DNA of 53,825 nucleotides, the filler included, from Sphacelaria rigidula (Eukaryota): the NCBI GenBank assembly GCA_964200075.2. It is 5 parts of 5 records of this genome, joined end to end, with 100 filler letters (N's around TTAATTAATTAA, not from the genome) between each part and the next. Parts side by side here need not be neighbours in the genome. Positions count along the whole stretch, not along the records: positions 10,786 to 21,470 come from CAXNAA020006081.1; positions 21,571 to 32,255 come from CAXNAA020006082.1; 3 more parts are not named here. One strand, written 5' to 3'. The notes beneath the pieces were generated by a model, which was given only the letters and a program-made list of their open reading frames with translations, did not search any database and was not told the origin of the DNA. Positions within the stretch are counted from its first letter, which is position 1; the number at the start of each line of letters is the position of its first letter. The translations under genes and the position numbers were made by a program. Positions 12,338 through 24,490 of the stretch are shown here, piece after piece.

Positions 12338-12570
12338 GGATTAGCCCTTTTGGGACCCTCTACCTCACATTCGTGTGTTCGCGGCAGGTGTCCTTTTCCG
12401 TTGCTTTCAAGTCAAAATGATGCTGCAGGGGCCTTTTTGTGAGTCGGCATCATTTTGACTTGGTAACAAGGCAAATGGACACCTGCCGCTTACACACGAT
12501 TATGGGGGAAACGTGTCACAAACATACCATTGTGGGGAGGCCAGTCCCAAAAGGGTGAAGCATAATCGGA
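12338..12570. mobile_element. Foldback/MITE-like palindromic element
   Basis: Core arms GCGGCAGGTGTCCTTTTCCGTTGCTTTCAAGTCAAAATGATGC (from 12381) and GCATCATTTTGACTTGGTAACAAGGCAAATGGACACCTGCCGC (to 12489). Outer arms CCCTTTTGGGAC / GTCCCAAAAGGG. Confidence 0.75.
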
Positions 12571-12749
12571 TGTACAGCTACGGAAACGTGATCCAAATAT
12601 TTCAGATGATCGAGAGGAGGGAAGCATCACGTGCTACACCCAAGCTTTGAATCATGCACGCTGCGACCATCATATATGATGCGCAAAAGCAATACATCTC
12701 CGTTGCCGTACACCGGCAACGCACAATGAACAACACGTTCGATCAAAAG

Positions 12750-15700
12750 CATTGATGTCCAACCCTCCACCAAAGCCAACCTCCGGGAAATTCGCCCACG
12801 GTAGACTCGGAGGATCCCCCGGGCTCACTCATGGAACACGATGTCTGGATGCCTGCTTAGACGCAGATCAGGGCAGTCCAAACGTAAGATACGGCACCAA
12901 AATCATGCGGACAGGCAGTGAAGCACCTGTATCACTCGGGTCGCCATCCCGCCCAACACACGCCACATCCACGGTTGAGAGTAGATCTCGACCGACAGAC
13001 TCCGAACGTGCAGTATCGGTAAAAATCTGAGGAGGAATAGCCGTTGGCCACGTCAGCCACGGAGATCCAGCGCGAAAGGAGCTCAGTCCCCAGCCCCACG
13101 GGAAACACGCGGCGACTACACTTCTCAGTGACTAGAGGGCGCCAGGCACGACCGTTGATGGCGTGGTTGTAGAAAACCAGCGGCTGGCGGGGGAGCGTAA
13201 AGACCGACGGAGCGCACAAGGAAAAAAGCTGAGAAGGTCGATCAGGCAGGGAAGGTGCGACCTGTGACCTCTCGAGTACGTCGGCGTCGGAACCAAACAT
13301 GTGAGACTTCGCCACCAAATCGATAGTTGTCTTCGAGCGCGTCCGCATCAAAATCGAAGCGGAGTTACAAGAAAAGAAGGCTAGACATGCCGCCAACCCT
13401 GGGCTCGACCCAAGTCCGGTTTCAGACGCCGACACCTCCTCTATGGCGGCCCCCGAACAAGGGCAAGCAACACCGACGCCAACGAATTGGGAAACCAGCG
13501 AGGTGATAGGGGATGGGGAAGGGCAGACACCATCCCCCGATGCTGGGCGTGGTGAACTCGCGCGGTGAAAAAGTGAGGATACCGATGCAGCACATTAGTT
13601 CAAAAGGTCCTCCCGTAAACCGTGACGGCCGTAGGAGGGAGCAGTCGGCGTCGGCAGAGTCTACCCCAGTGAGGGGAAGCACGGGGTGTGGAAGACCAAA
13701 GAGGAGCTGTGGTCGCAATGTGTCCGGCATCACGCGCCCTGTTGTTGACAGCGAGTGATGCAGGCGCTCATCTTGCGGTCGGACACACCGCCCGACATCG
13801 CAGCTGCGCATCGTGTGCAACCGACCGGGTCCCAGCGAAGGCAACTTCTGGCGTCATCTCGGTGAGGCACGTTTTGCAGAGGCCAAGTTATTTTTGAAGT
13901 CGCGTGCGAATGACGTTCGCGTGCACCCGGCTAATCTCCTGCAGAACTGCCGACTCAGCTCAGATTGCTTTGCTTATCCAGCCGGGGCGATTGTTTTTGG
14001 CATTTTTTTAGTGACACAGGCACAACAGTGATAGGCACAATACCACGTCCCTCCGTTCACGTTGTTCCACACCTGCAACTGTGGGTCTAACTCCCGACCC
14101 AACCCCTGCCACGCCGGAGTTCGGCGGTTACCTACGCGACAACATAATTGCGAACCATGAGGCGGGGCGAGTGGTGAGGTTAGAAGAGTCCAATCGTGGC
14201 TGACAGACGCTGGAAACGCAGCAAAGCTTTGGCCGGTTGGCGACAGACGCAGGAGGGATCAAGCGAAATTGACTATCCAAACGGTGGTTCGGGTCGGCAC
14301 AGCCAACGTCAAGGTAAAAGAGGTGAGCGGGGCTGAGGTGGCCGCAAGCGATGGGCGATGAAAATTCACCCACGTCGTGCTTTCGGAAGTGGCGCCTGAG
14401 GTAGCCGTGGCACTCGACGTCGAACTTCGTGACATACATACCATAGTGCAAGAACGTAACGGTTTGGTCTCCTACCTCGACGCCCACCGGGATAATGGTC
14501 CGCCCGAGCATCCGCACTCAGGCGCGTGGCAGCTGTAGGGTCGGCGGAGGAGAAACGAGCCGTGGTAATAGCGGCTGGATCTATCGTTAGGATGGACATC
14601 GAAGATATACATGAAATGCCGGACGTGTCGGGGAATAGGGCTGATGAGAACGCTACTGACGTTGAGACAAAGATCCACTTCATAAATCATCTCCTGATGC
14701 ATGATACACCGCCGACACTGTTGGCGTTGTTGGACAGTCTGTGCCACCTGACTGTGTCGAGTGATGACCTCGTGTAGGATTTCGCGGCCATGGAGGATGC
14801 CACGAGAGGGACCAAGGGGGTATCGATAAATGTGCCTTGCACCACAGCGACGGTCGACGTTGCCATGCCGGCGGCGCGGGTGGGATGGCGGTAGTGCTGG
14901 ACGGCACGGAGGGCTCTGGCGGAGATGTGGCACATCAGGGACAGGGTGGACAAGTTCATGGGGTATGGGCGACGTCCCGCACCAGCGCAGCGGCGCCTAG
15001 ATCGACGAAATGGAACAAGCGAGGGAGGCGGGGAGGGAAAGACTGCTAGTGCGAGTGTCGTGGGCGATGGGGCAGCAGGACCCGCCCGGCAGTCTACGGC
15101 GGCTGCTGCGGTAGCAGGAGAATGAACGAGCGGGAGAGCAGTGGCGGCGACGGCGGGCGTGGCTGGATGCGCTGGTGGGGGCGGCGGCCGGCTGGGGGGG
15201 GGGGGGGCGGCCCGGCAGTCGAATGTAGCAGTGGTGATGGGCGAGCCAGGGCGGAGTGGGGGAGGCGGCGCCGGCAGCGGCAGTAGCGGCGACAGGCGCG
15301 AATGAAGTTGACGGCGTGCTGGTGGTGGCGACCCACCGGTCGATTCCAGCGGCGGTGTCAGACGGATTGGGGGGGCGAGGAGTGCCGATGCCACTGGTGG
15401 CGGCAGCTGCGGGGAGCAGAGTCGGCGGCTGAATTCTGGCAGTAGGGGCAGCCCCGCGACCATATCTTGCGGCGGTGACAGGTGGACGACCAAGCGGGGC
15501 GGCGCCAGACGGGTGTTGGCGCTCGCGTGGGGGTTCGGGCGACTCCACCTTCGTATCTCGCGGTATTGACAGCCAGCGAGAGGTGGGGAAGCGTGAGGCG
15601 GTAGCAGAAGTACATCTGCCAAGTGCGGCGCTCCCCCACCCTTCTAGCCGTGACTCGCAACCCCATCTCGCGTGGTGGCATCATGGCAGTGGGCCTGATC

Positions 15701-16707
15701 AAAGTATCTACAGCGCAGCTGGACCCGATTTACGTGAGGGAGAGAGTTATCCGCAGTCCACCTCATCATCCAATCCGGGAGGTTGTCCGAGGAGCACTTG
15801 AAGAAGTGGCTCGTGACTTCCATCGACACTGATACTGATCAGTGGATGATTGTACTCCTGGCTGTGCCCTCCGGGTGTAACACACCCCAGGACTCAGACG
15901 CGGTGCAAGTCACTGTCGAATGTATTGTCAATGTCAATCGCTGGTAGATACTGGTGAACAGGGTATACAGCGCGATCGAGAATCTGAATGGCCGCACCGA
16001 AGATGCTTGGCCGCCCGACGAACAGTATCCTTGGCTAACGCAGTCTGTGAGCGTGGCACCTTTCGTTTCAACTGCTGGGGATGCGTCTTCCTACCACATG
16101 CATTCGGAATTCCTTTCCTCAAGACGTGGGATTTCATTCTGAAGGTCCTGCCAACGCCGAGTCCGTTTGAAATACCGATACCGGTGGTCGAAGACAGTAC
16201 CCTGAGGATGGATGTCTTCGGGGCCGTAAAGCTGCTGGCCACGGCATTTTTGTTCAGGTACGAAAACGCTTCTGCGCAAGTGGCCGCGGATCCGGGACTT
16301 CTACTCACCACGTCCCGCCCGGAGTTGGAGTCCTACGAAGACAAGATCCACCCGTGTATCACCACACTACATGGGCACATGCCTTCCCGCTGCTGCCCAG
16401 ACTTCGATGCCTGCAAGAAGCACGTGGGTAAGTCTGACGCAGTATGAGAACAGTGAGAGTGCGGGTTTCGGGACAGGATGCCCACAGTGGATATCAGTGG
16501 GCGCGGGTGGGCGTTGAGCCGGAAAAGAGAACACATCACAAGAGTCATAGAAAATCGACGGGCAAAACGGGTGATGGAGCTCGCACGGGACAACATGGTT
16601 GTTTACTCGTCAAGCCGCACATACGTTGATGCATCCAGGAACCTGTGAACCCTCAGATGTTCATGCAAGCCGGCAAAGCCAGCGCGAAGCAGTCAAAGAT
16701 GCCCAGG
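12750..16707 (+). pseudogene. Decayed GC-rich multi-exon coding region, possibly TE-borne
   Basis: Long protein-like plus-strand frames broken by isolated TAG/TGA stops (about 13023-13440 and 14526-14890). At the 3' end, phase-consistent candidate introns 15903-15947, 16047-16123 and 16428-16656 join ...HLKKWLVTSIDTDTDQWMIVLLAVP.../ILVNRVYSAIENLNG.../TWDFILKVLPTP...KKHV/DVHASRQ. Boundaries approximate. Confidence 0.5.
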
Positions 16708-17429
16708 GTGCGGGTGTCTGGGGAACTGCACGCTGAGCTGCGGCTGCCAGGGCCACTGCTTCTTGTTCCCGCCCCCTTCGCGAGCGACCGGCACGACTGC
16801 CACTGGTGATACCGACCGTGCAATTAGCGGTACACCGGGCTGATATTATTATGAAAGGTGCGGATATAAGGTGAACTATCGATGGGGCGCGTTCACGGCG
16901 TACCGTCGAAGGGGTGAAGCGAATGGAGCGAGCAACGCATCAGGGGCAGCTGTTCGTATGACCTATAGTGGGGGGCCGTGCTGCTGTGACGACGGGAGGG
17001 AGGTAGCAGGGGGATCGGATCTGAGACCAAATCGTATCAGTTGCAATCATTGCGACGGTGGACTAGATGGGCACATCGGCCGCTGGTCGAAGCATTTATC
17101 CGGGATCGGAGATTCAGATTCAGATTGCAACGGGTCGGACAGAAACGACTCAGCATCGGAAGTGACCGATGATCATGACGATAATTTCGCGTTATGGTTT
17201 AGTCTGCAGGGAAGTTAGGAGACGTTATTTCTGTAGATAAATTGCACGCATAAGTCTGTACCATTTAAGGTTGTCTTCTCCGGGAGGTACTCATTAACCG
17301 TGCCTCTTGTACGCAGTGATCATGAATCGTGCATAGTGTGGTGTGCCCTTGGGCTCACAAGTGTACCAGGGTTGGCCTGGCGACGCCGTTGGGCGAATCG
17401 CCGGTTTTGCCTGAGGATATATATGGATG

Positions 17430-18245
17430 TTAATCAAAGCAATGTATCGACGCAAAACCACAAATATGAACCAGACCCTGACATCTAGACTAACCCCCCA
17501 AATTCTGCACAGTAGTACTAAAGCATGCACTTCCACTCTGTTCGTTGGGTGGTATCGATTACATTCCGACAGCGAGCGAACTGCTGGGAATCGCTGGTGT
17601 GACCAATATGCGGAACATTATGAAAAGTTTCGGATGATGTTCTTCATCGCTCTCTCTTCGACATGCTTCACACTGAACCGTCTACACCGAACCGGACGGT
17701 CGATGTGACCACCTGTCTTCCGAATCATACATCAGTGTTATTGCCGCAGTATCACCCTTTTGATGCCGAGAGGTTACGGTCTCACTGACGACACAAAGAG
17801 TCGATAGTACGCGCGTGTGTGTGGCCGTCATATCTTGCGCGGCGATCCCCTGAGCACGCTTCACGCGCCACCCCAGCAACAACGGCATGGACATATTTAT
17901 AACGTATTTCGTGCTGGCAAGCAACGTTGATATTTGCATGTATGACTACAGCAGAAGATATTTCCGACAAAACAAAATCAGCTGAATGCGGCGCAGCTAC
18001 CGCCTGCTTATTTGGGATATCAGCTATGATCTGATGCGCAGGTACACCGCATCTCACATGTTGCAACAACCCCCACCAAAATAGCAATATCTTGATACAC
18101 ATGGCAGCTGAAGAGGCCAACCAAGTTACTCTGTGTGGCTAAGATATATGCCTACAAGTCCTCCAGGTTGTGGCAGCACAGACCCTTGCCGCAGATACAC
18201 ATATCGAGGTAGAGTAAGCGTCATACTGAAAATATTGCACTATCC
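17430..18245. repeat. Dispersed repeat family A, uninterrupted copy
   Basis: Reverse complement aligns by eye with 38780-39980 (e.g. ATCAAAAGGGTGATACTGCGG, GACAGGTGGTCACAT, GCATCTCACATGTT, GACCCTTGCCGCAGAT). Ends approximate. Confidence 0.75.
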
Positions 18246-18981
18246 CGAGAGTTGTTGATTGGTGCCATCTTGGACTTGAGTGATGGCTAGTATTTAGCTA
18301 GTTGTACTGTCTGTTTAGTTTCGACTTACTGGCATCCGCGCAGTATCAGTAATCTTCGACCGCGTATCGGACGGGCATATTGGAAAATGACTTCCTGGCT
18401 CGTACACATTTCCGATACTGTCTGAGACACTTTATACGATGCCCCCCCCTCCAAACACAAACAAAAGTGCCTGGTTGGGGGGGCAAACTCTTCACGTAAA
18501 TCGAAATGGAAAAGGCCGAGCACAACGAGCATCTGGGAATTCCCACGCTTGGGTTCGTTCTCGCCAATGTCGCCCATATGAGGAGCTTCATGCAGCCTGA
18601 ACCCAAACATCGGGCGTTGTATGCCCATTTTTTCGTGACACTTTTGGGCTGGTTTTGGGGGGGGGCTATCGTATATAATGTCCTAGGCTGCATTGAAAGA
18701 GGTATCCATCGCTGGTTTGTGCGTTGTTGTGGGTGGAATTGAGCCAGAAGTCGTTGAGGATATTATTTCAAAGACATACTGCGGCTGTGTATCATCATTG
18801 TTATTTTGTGCCCTGTCCTTGTCTTTGACTCCATTGAGTCTTGTTTTGGGGTAGTGTTGAAGGACGTGACACTGAATTGCACGTAGAATTGCCGTTGTGT
18901 GTGATTTCCAGCATGCCGGTCTACGGCAACGGAGTTGTGCTTTTTCCCGATCATGATGGTCGCCGCGTGCGATCGTGATAC

Positions 18982-19404
18982 CAACACGTGAGTTTACAAA
19001 TTGCGCATGTTTTTCTTTTTCAGGATGAACCTTGATGGCCTTCAGAAGCATCGACATATTTTCGAAATAAAAATTCAAGGGCACTCTCCGACCGTGATGT
19101 CTGGCCTTGGCTATCCTCAAAAATAATTTATCCGCGATGTGTAAAATCCCGTGTCTTCATCGTACAATCTCGACCTTCGTTCGTTCCTGTACATAAAACT
19201 GCTTTTATTTGTCAGAATCCCCGTTAAAACGGGTTTTTACAAGTTGCCGATGGATTTTTTCCCCAAGGATGAGCGACGCCACACGTCACGGCCGGATAGT
19301 GCATTTGTATCTTGTTTCCGAAAATATTCCGATGATTGCTGAGGTTCCCAAGCTTCTTCAACAAAAAACGAAAACCCATCTTCAATTTGTAAGATCCCGG
19401 GTTG
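18982..19404. mobile_element. Foldback family B, copy 1
   Basis: Ends CAACACGTGAGTTT / AGATCCCGGGTTG; homologous in reverse orientation to 39060-39466 (shared TTTCAGGATGAACCTTG...GCATCGA..TATT.CGAAATAAA). Confidence 0.7.
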
Positions 19405-21470
19405 AACGTAGTAACGTTGATTTTCAGAAGTCGAAATCTATGTCCATATCAACTCCGCTTCCTTGATCTCACCCCACGTACAAGGTCGATTGAAGCCGGG
19501 TGCAGGTTAACAACATGCGCTCCTTCTGTCGATAGGGCTACCAGCAGCTATGTGCATCTTCGTGCATGAACAGCGTACCCCGCAGAGTTACTCTTGACCC
19601 ACGACCGCAATCTGCAGGACTCGATTCTTCTAGGCTTGGACCCGACTGCCATCAATGCACTACTACGCATATGACGTTTGCTTTTTGCAGTTGAGGCACT
19701 TCAGCACCAAGCATCATATTTCGCAGATCATACAGTGCTCTGTACTGTGCTGTTGTGCTGTGATGCACTGTGCTGTTTTGTCTGTGTTGTGCTGTACTGT
19801 GTTTTGCTGTACTGAACTGGGCCGTACTGTTTGTACAGCTACATCACCGTATCCGGTAATCCAGAGCGTCATGTACTGGTTTGGATGAAGGTCTTGACTT
19901 GTTCAAACTTTAGCCAACTCGTTCCATCTGTGGCACGGATGAATTAGCAAATAATTTTGCTATGGAAAACCTGTTTTCTCTAGACGGTAAAATCCTCTTC
20001 CGTGTTCCTGCTTGTGGCGTAGCGCGGAGCTCTCCCGTACAACCGGAGGCCAGGTCTCACGAGGGGGGGTGGTGTTCACCCTGGGTCGCACGGATTTTGC
20101 ACTTCCTTATGGCAGGCGTTGCATTCACCGTCGTAATTTGAGAGAAGAATTTTGCTCCTATATTTCAACATAACTCGATGATCCACACGCCCGCTTCTTC
20201 CGCCAAGGCGATGCTGCCTGGTCCGCATTGCATGTACAGCAAGTGTGGCACCTTCATACGAAATCGGACTTTCTGCCATTATCCATTATTCTTCGCGAAG
20301 ACGTTTTTATCCTATACAAAAATGCTGACAGCTGAACTGTGTGTGTGTCCGAATGTTTTTATTCGGACGTCATGGGTAGGGTGTTGCCGTTCATCAGACG
20401 TAATCATCGCCACTTTTCACACAGCGTTGAGGACGAGACCGACTGATTGACTGATAGCGCGCAACCCACGGAAATAAGCACAAGGTCTCCTGACCGCCGA
20501 CGGCAGCATCAGAATTTTTTCACCTTCACAGGAATATAATACTCTCGGTGTGCTGTAGTGTACATCATTTCACATCACCCATGTACGGCTATCAATACAA
20601 CATGGTTGGTGAAGACCACAAGGACGGCAGAAGACGCCAGGTCGCCGCCGGGTGGCCGTGCGCACAAGACGCAGGCCAACCTCCTCAACGCCGCGGAACA
20701 CCTGCGCACAACGGCGGTATACGCACCACAGCAGAGGTGAGTCAACGTGTCGACACACTGACTGTGCTGCTGTGCTTCGTTGTGTATCGACATTGTCAAT
20801 CAGATGGTCAAAGCGTTCACTATAACAGAGGTTATCGTTTCATCCCGATCGATTCGTTCGCTCGTCGTTCTCTCCGCACATGGTCTACTACTGAAGCGGC
20901 TACATGAGATGGTGGTATGGGGTACAGTGGGGGTACAGGAGACAAGGGAACTGACAAAATAGCTTTAGTCTACTCCGATCTTGTACTCTCTGTACCGCCC
21001 AGGCTGTGTTTCGTTTCGGTCGTACTACTCTAGGTTCAACCAGGCAAGCAAGGTAGAGAGATGTTGCTCTTGGTAGCCCAGGCTTTTTCGGTGACATGTT
21101 GATGCGAGTTATGACCGCTGGATCATGTGTGAACTTGGCGGGAAAAAGGACTGGGGCGGATAGAAAGCCCAGTATGTTGCTGTGAGTCACCTGCCACCAC
21201 GGCGCTGGTAAGACCCACTTTTATGGCAAACGAATCTCGATTTTTTGAGATCCCGATTTTGAAAAAATCGGGGGGACTCAAATTCGTGAACTCAAAATCG
21301 GGCGGACGATTTTATGGCACAGACGGTACAGTACAGTATCACAGATTTGTGAAACGGTTCTGTACACAGACGGTCATTCTTTGCATGAGTGTAATACTGC
21401 GTTCTCGTGCATGAAGCCGAAGAGCAGGCAGGCGGCAAACAATCCTTCGAGTACACTGTCGTACCTTGGT

Positions 21471-21570
21471 NNNNNNNNNNNNNNNNNNNNNNNNNNNNNN
21501 NNNNNNNNNNNNNNTTAATTAATTAANNNNNNNNNNNNNNNNNNNNNNNNNNNNNNNNNNNNNNNNNNNN
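21471..21570. other. Artificial contig linker
   Basis: Same 100-bp N/TTAATTAATTAA/N spacer. Confidence 0.98.
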
Positions 21571-22123
21571 TAAGTGTTGGGTTGGGTTTCCTCCTTCCAT
21601 CAAGGAAAAAAAGTGAAAAATCTCCCTCTTATCAAAAGGGTACCCCCCAATTACTGCGTCACTTTGTATGGGATTTAGTATAGCATCCGTTTATATGGGA
21701 CTTGTATAGACGTTTTTGTTTGGGAGGGGGGTGGTCTAGTACCCTACCCCCCGCCCCTGAGAGATCCAAAAAGAAATAATGGGACATAGGTGTGCGGGAA
21801 TTTATTTTTCGTGCACCCTTGAAGATTTAGGATTTTTGTTTCACAGCGTAGTGTCGAGGTTTGTTTCCCTCCCGCTTTACCGTACTTTGTGAAAAAGCAA
21901 TTTATTTCGGATCCATTTCTGGGCGCGTGCACATCGCGATGTCCGGGGGACATGTGGTTTCGGGAACAGCTACACATCGTGATTTTGAGACCCCTGTCTG
22001 AGCGGTGATTGCAACCACCGCCCCTCCTCCGTATCTCAAACTGACTTTCTCAAGTTCGTTGCCGCCGGCCGTCTCTGCCGTGTCCACTCTTCATTTCCGT
22101 CGCAGTGTTCGACGTTCAATCAG

Positions 22124-22770
22124 ATGAACGAGCTGTTCCTCATCACGAAGCCCGGACAGCAGATCGTATGCCCAGAAATTCCCTTGTGGGAAAAGTACAG
22201 GGTATACAACACGCCTAGAGAGGCTTCAAATTCTATACCTCAAGAAGTCCTTGATCAGCAATGCATTCGCCTTGTATTGGTCGTATACAATAGACAACTA
22301 AGGCGCATCATGAAACCCGGCAGGGAAGCCGGCCAGCCGGAAGCAGCCCTGTATTTGGAGGTGTCAGACACCGCCCCATTCTACCACTTGAAATGAGAAA
22401 CGGACGGAAAGGGGGTTGTGATGGGGATAAGGTCGAAAATACCACAGAACAGCCCCAGAGACTCGTACATTACCGCTGCGATAGGCAGCGCAGATGTTAC
22501 GCGGCACGCTGTAATTGCCAGTGTGCAAGAGAGTCGAGAGAGGAATAGGAGGCTCAGCGCGAAGCAGCCCATTGCGATCACTCCCGGGGATCTGGTCGTA
22601 GGTGGGCCGGGATTCGAGCAAATGTAGCTGAGGGTCAGACGCGACACAGTTCGAAGACGAGATAGCCCCCGATGACGACCATGACGACTGTGATACTGGA
22701 AGTGATGGTGATGATGGTGATGATGATTGCAATAGCAATAGTGATGACGCTGAAGTTTCGACTTGCAGTG
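22124..22770 (+). pseudogene. Possible decayed coding remnant with an acidic tail
   Basis: ORFs 22124-22396 and 22418-22627 lie in the same frame, separated by a single TGA and preceded by a CAG acceptor-like site. A GAT/GAC-rich tract follows (DDDHDDCDTGSDGDDGDDDCNSNSDDAE) in another frame. Family not recognised. Confidence 0.3.
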
Positions 22771-24194
22771 ACGCAGTTGGAGAGTGAAAACATAAGGTTC
22801 ACATACAGCTCGGAATGTGGACGCGAACGCACACTTCAGGGCGGGGTCGAGATGCTGTCATGTAGCATTGATGGGGTGTTGCGGTGGGGTGTATGACGAG
22901 ACCATACGAAGCGATTTTGGGGTGGATGCAAACGGTTTTTCTTTCGACTGAGACATTGCTGCATCATATATGCTCAAACCGGATTGGAAAGCTCGACTGG
23001 TATTTGCAGTACGGTGGATTCGTGCAATAAAGTTATCAAGTCGTGCATCGACCGTCAAAGAAGGAGATTAATGATGCTCTGTTATGTGCCCTTCTTCAGG
23101 ACAGTGGACGCCCAATCATCCCCTCGGCACGTCACTGCGTTGGCAGTGATATTCCCCCAGCACGTCACTGACGAGCGACTTGACCCCAGAGGTTTCTTCT
23201 GGACACGGGCCCCGAGACAAACAATAGTGAGAACATCGTCGACAATCAAACAAACGCATTCGCACGGACAAATCGTTGTTATGGTCCGTCGCCCGCAGCA
23301 AACCAGGGATGGGCGGCACGTACAACCACGGACGCACTTGCTACTCCTCCCCAAAATTGCACATCAGCGCTTGCGTGCGGTACTCCTGAGGGCTTTATTT
23401 CATTCAACGGCTAGGCTCTTCGAATCTTATTTTCATGATATACCTTATTTTATAGGATTCCCTGTTGTTAGAAAACTGAGACGCAAAATTGAGAATTTGT
23501 GCATTTAGTGCTTCTCGTTGTGATATATTGATTTTAGTATCAAATATTATGTACGCCATACCTCGAGATAGCTGAAGAAGCAAGAAACGATGAAGATATT
23601 GATCATTTTCCCGTGCTCCACGGAAGGTCCACACCAGAAATTGTCATTGTCAGCTCTCTACATCGTTCCGAGTTTCATCCAGGCTATAGTATGGACCCTA
23701 TGCCCGTAAGGTGTAGAAATTACTGGACATTGTGTTTAATCAACGAAAAAAAATTAACCCACATTCTTGAGCACGTGGGAATTTTCCCCTTAATCGCACG
23801 ATTCATACGATATGCTGATAACGGCCCAACTTGTTGGTGTTGATGAGATATATTTCTTCGGGAGCTTGAACTCGTGACTAGGCTGGACCAGCTCGTACAC
23901 AGCTGCACATAGTGTAAGATATTTGGAGTCTCGTCAAATGTCGTTGAATAATTTTGCTCCAGCCTCCGTGCACTGACGTGAACGAGTTTAATATTCTGAT
24001 CAAAATCAACTGACACACAATCAACGCTAAAAACAAGTGATTATTGCACTTTACACTAAAAACAAGTACTTAGTACACAGCCACATTAGAATAAAATAAA
24101 TAGTACCCATCCACCGCCATGTTCCCCCCCGCCCCATCCCCTCTTTTGCGGGGTGGGAGAACCTCTTTTCCGCGGAAAGGGGTACTATTTATAT

Positions 24195-24490
24195 GGTGAG
24201 ACACTCATGAGGCAGTGTGTACGCCATGGCTGTATGTGGAAGTGGTGATACCAGAAAATGAAGCAAATCATCGGAGACTGCGATCCAAATGCAACATGAT
24301 CAGTACGCTTCGGCACGAAAACTGTAAGCAGGATGCAGCTCACCCGTCATGCGAGTCGCCGAGCATATCACGGCGCTTTGCGCTCGACGATTGATTGGGA
24401 GCCTCGTCCGGCGAAACTCCGGTGTGCTCCGTCCCGGCTTTGTAGAGATGCGAGACCAATTGCGATATGATTATGGCATGCAAGATCATA
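24195..24490 (+). repeat. Dispersed repeat family R (~290 bp)
   Basis: GAGACAC.CATGAGGCAGTGT...GGAAGTGG...GCAGGATGCAGCTCAC...CGGCGAAA...GTGCTCCGTCCCGGC.TTGTAG.GATGCGAG shared with the other copies. Confidence 0.85.

Noticed and set aside
14687-15622. 311-aa Pro-rich minus-strand ORF as a real gene
   Set aside because: It is best explained as the antisense shadow of a G-rich low-complexity tract; splice signals and protein-like frames in this region lie on the plus strand.
20558-20740. Plus-strand exon ending at GAG|GTGAGT
   Set aside because: The donor is good, but there is no clear acceptor, partner exon or recognisable protein motif.
23720-24016. Integrase-like phrase HQQVGPLSAYRMNRAI
   Set aside because: Only a vague likeness to PQQNG.AERMNRT; no supporting D,D motifs were found nearby.
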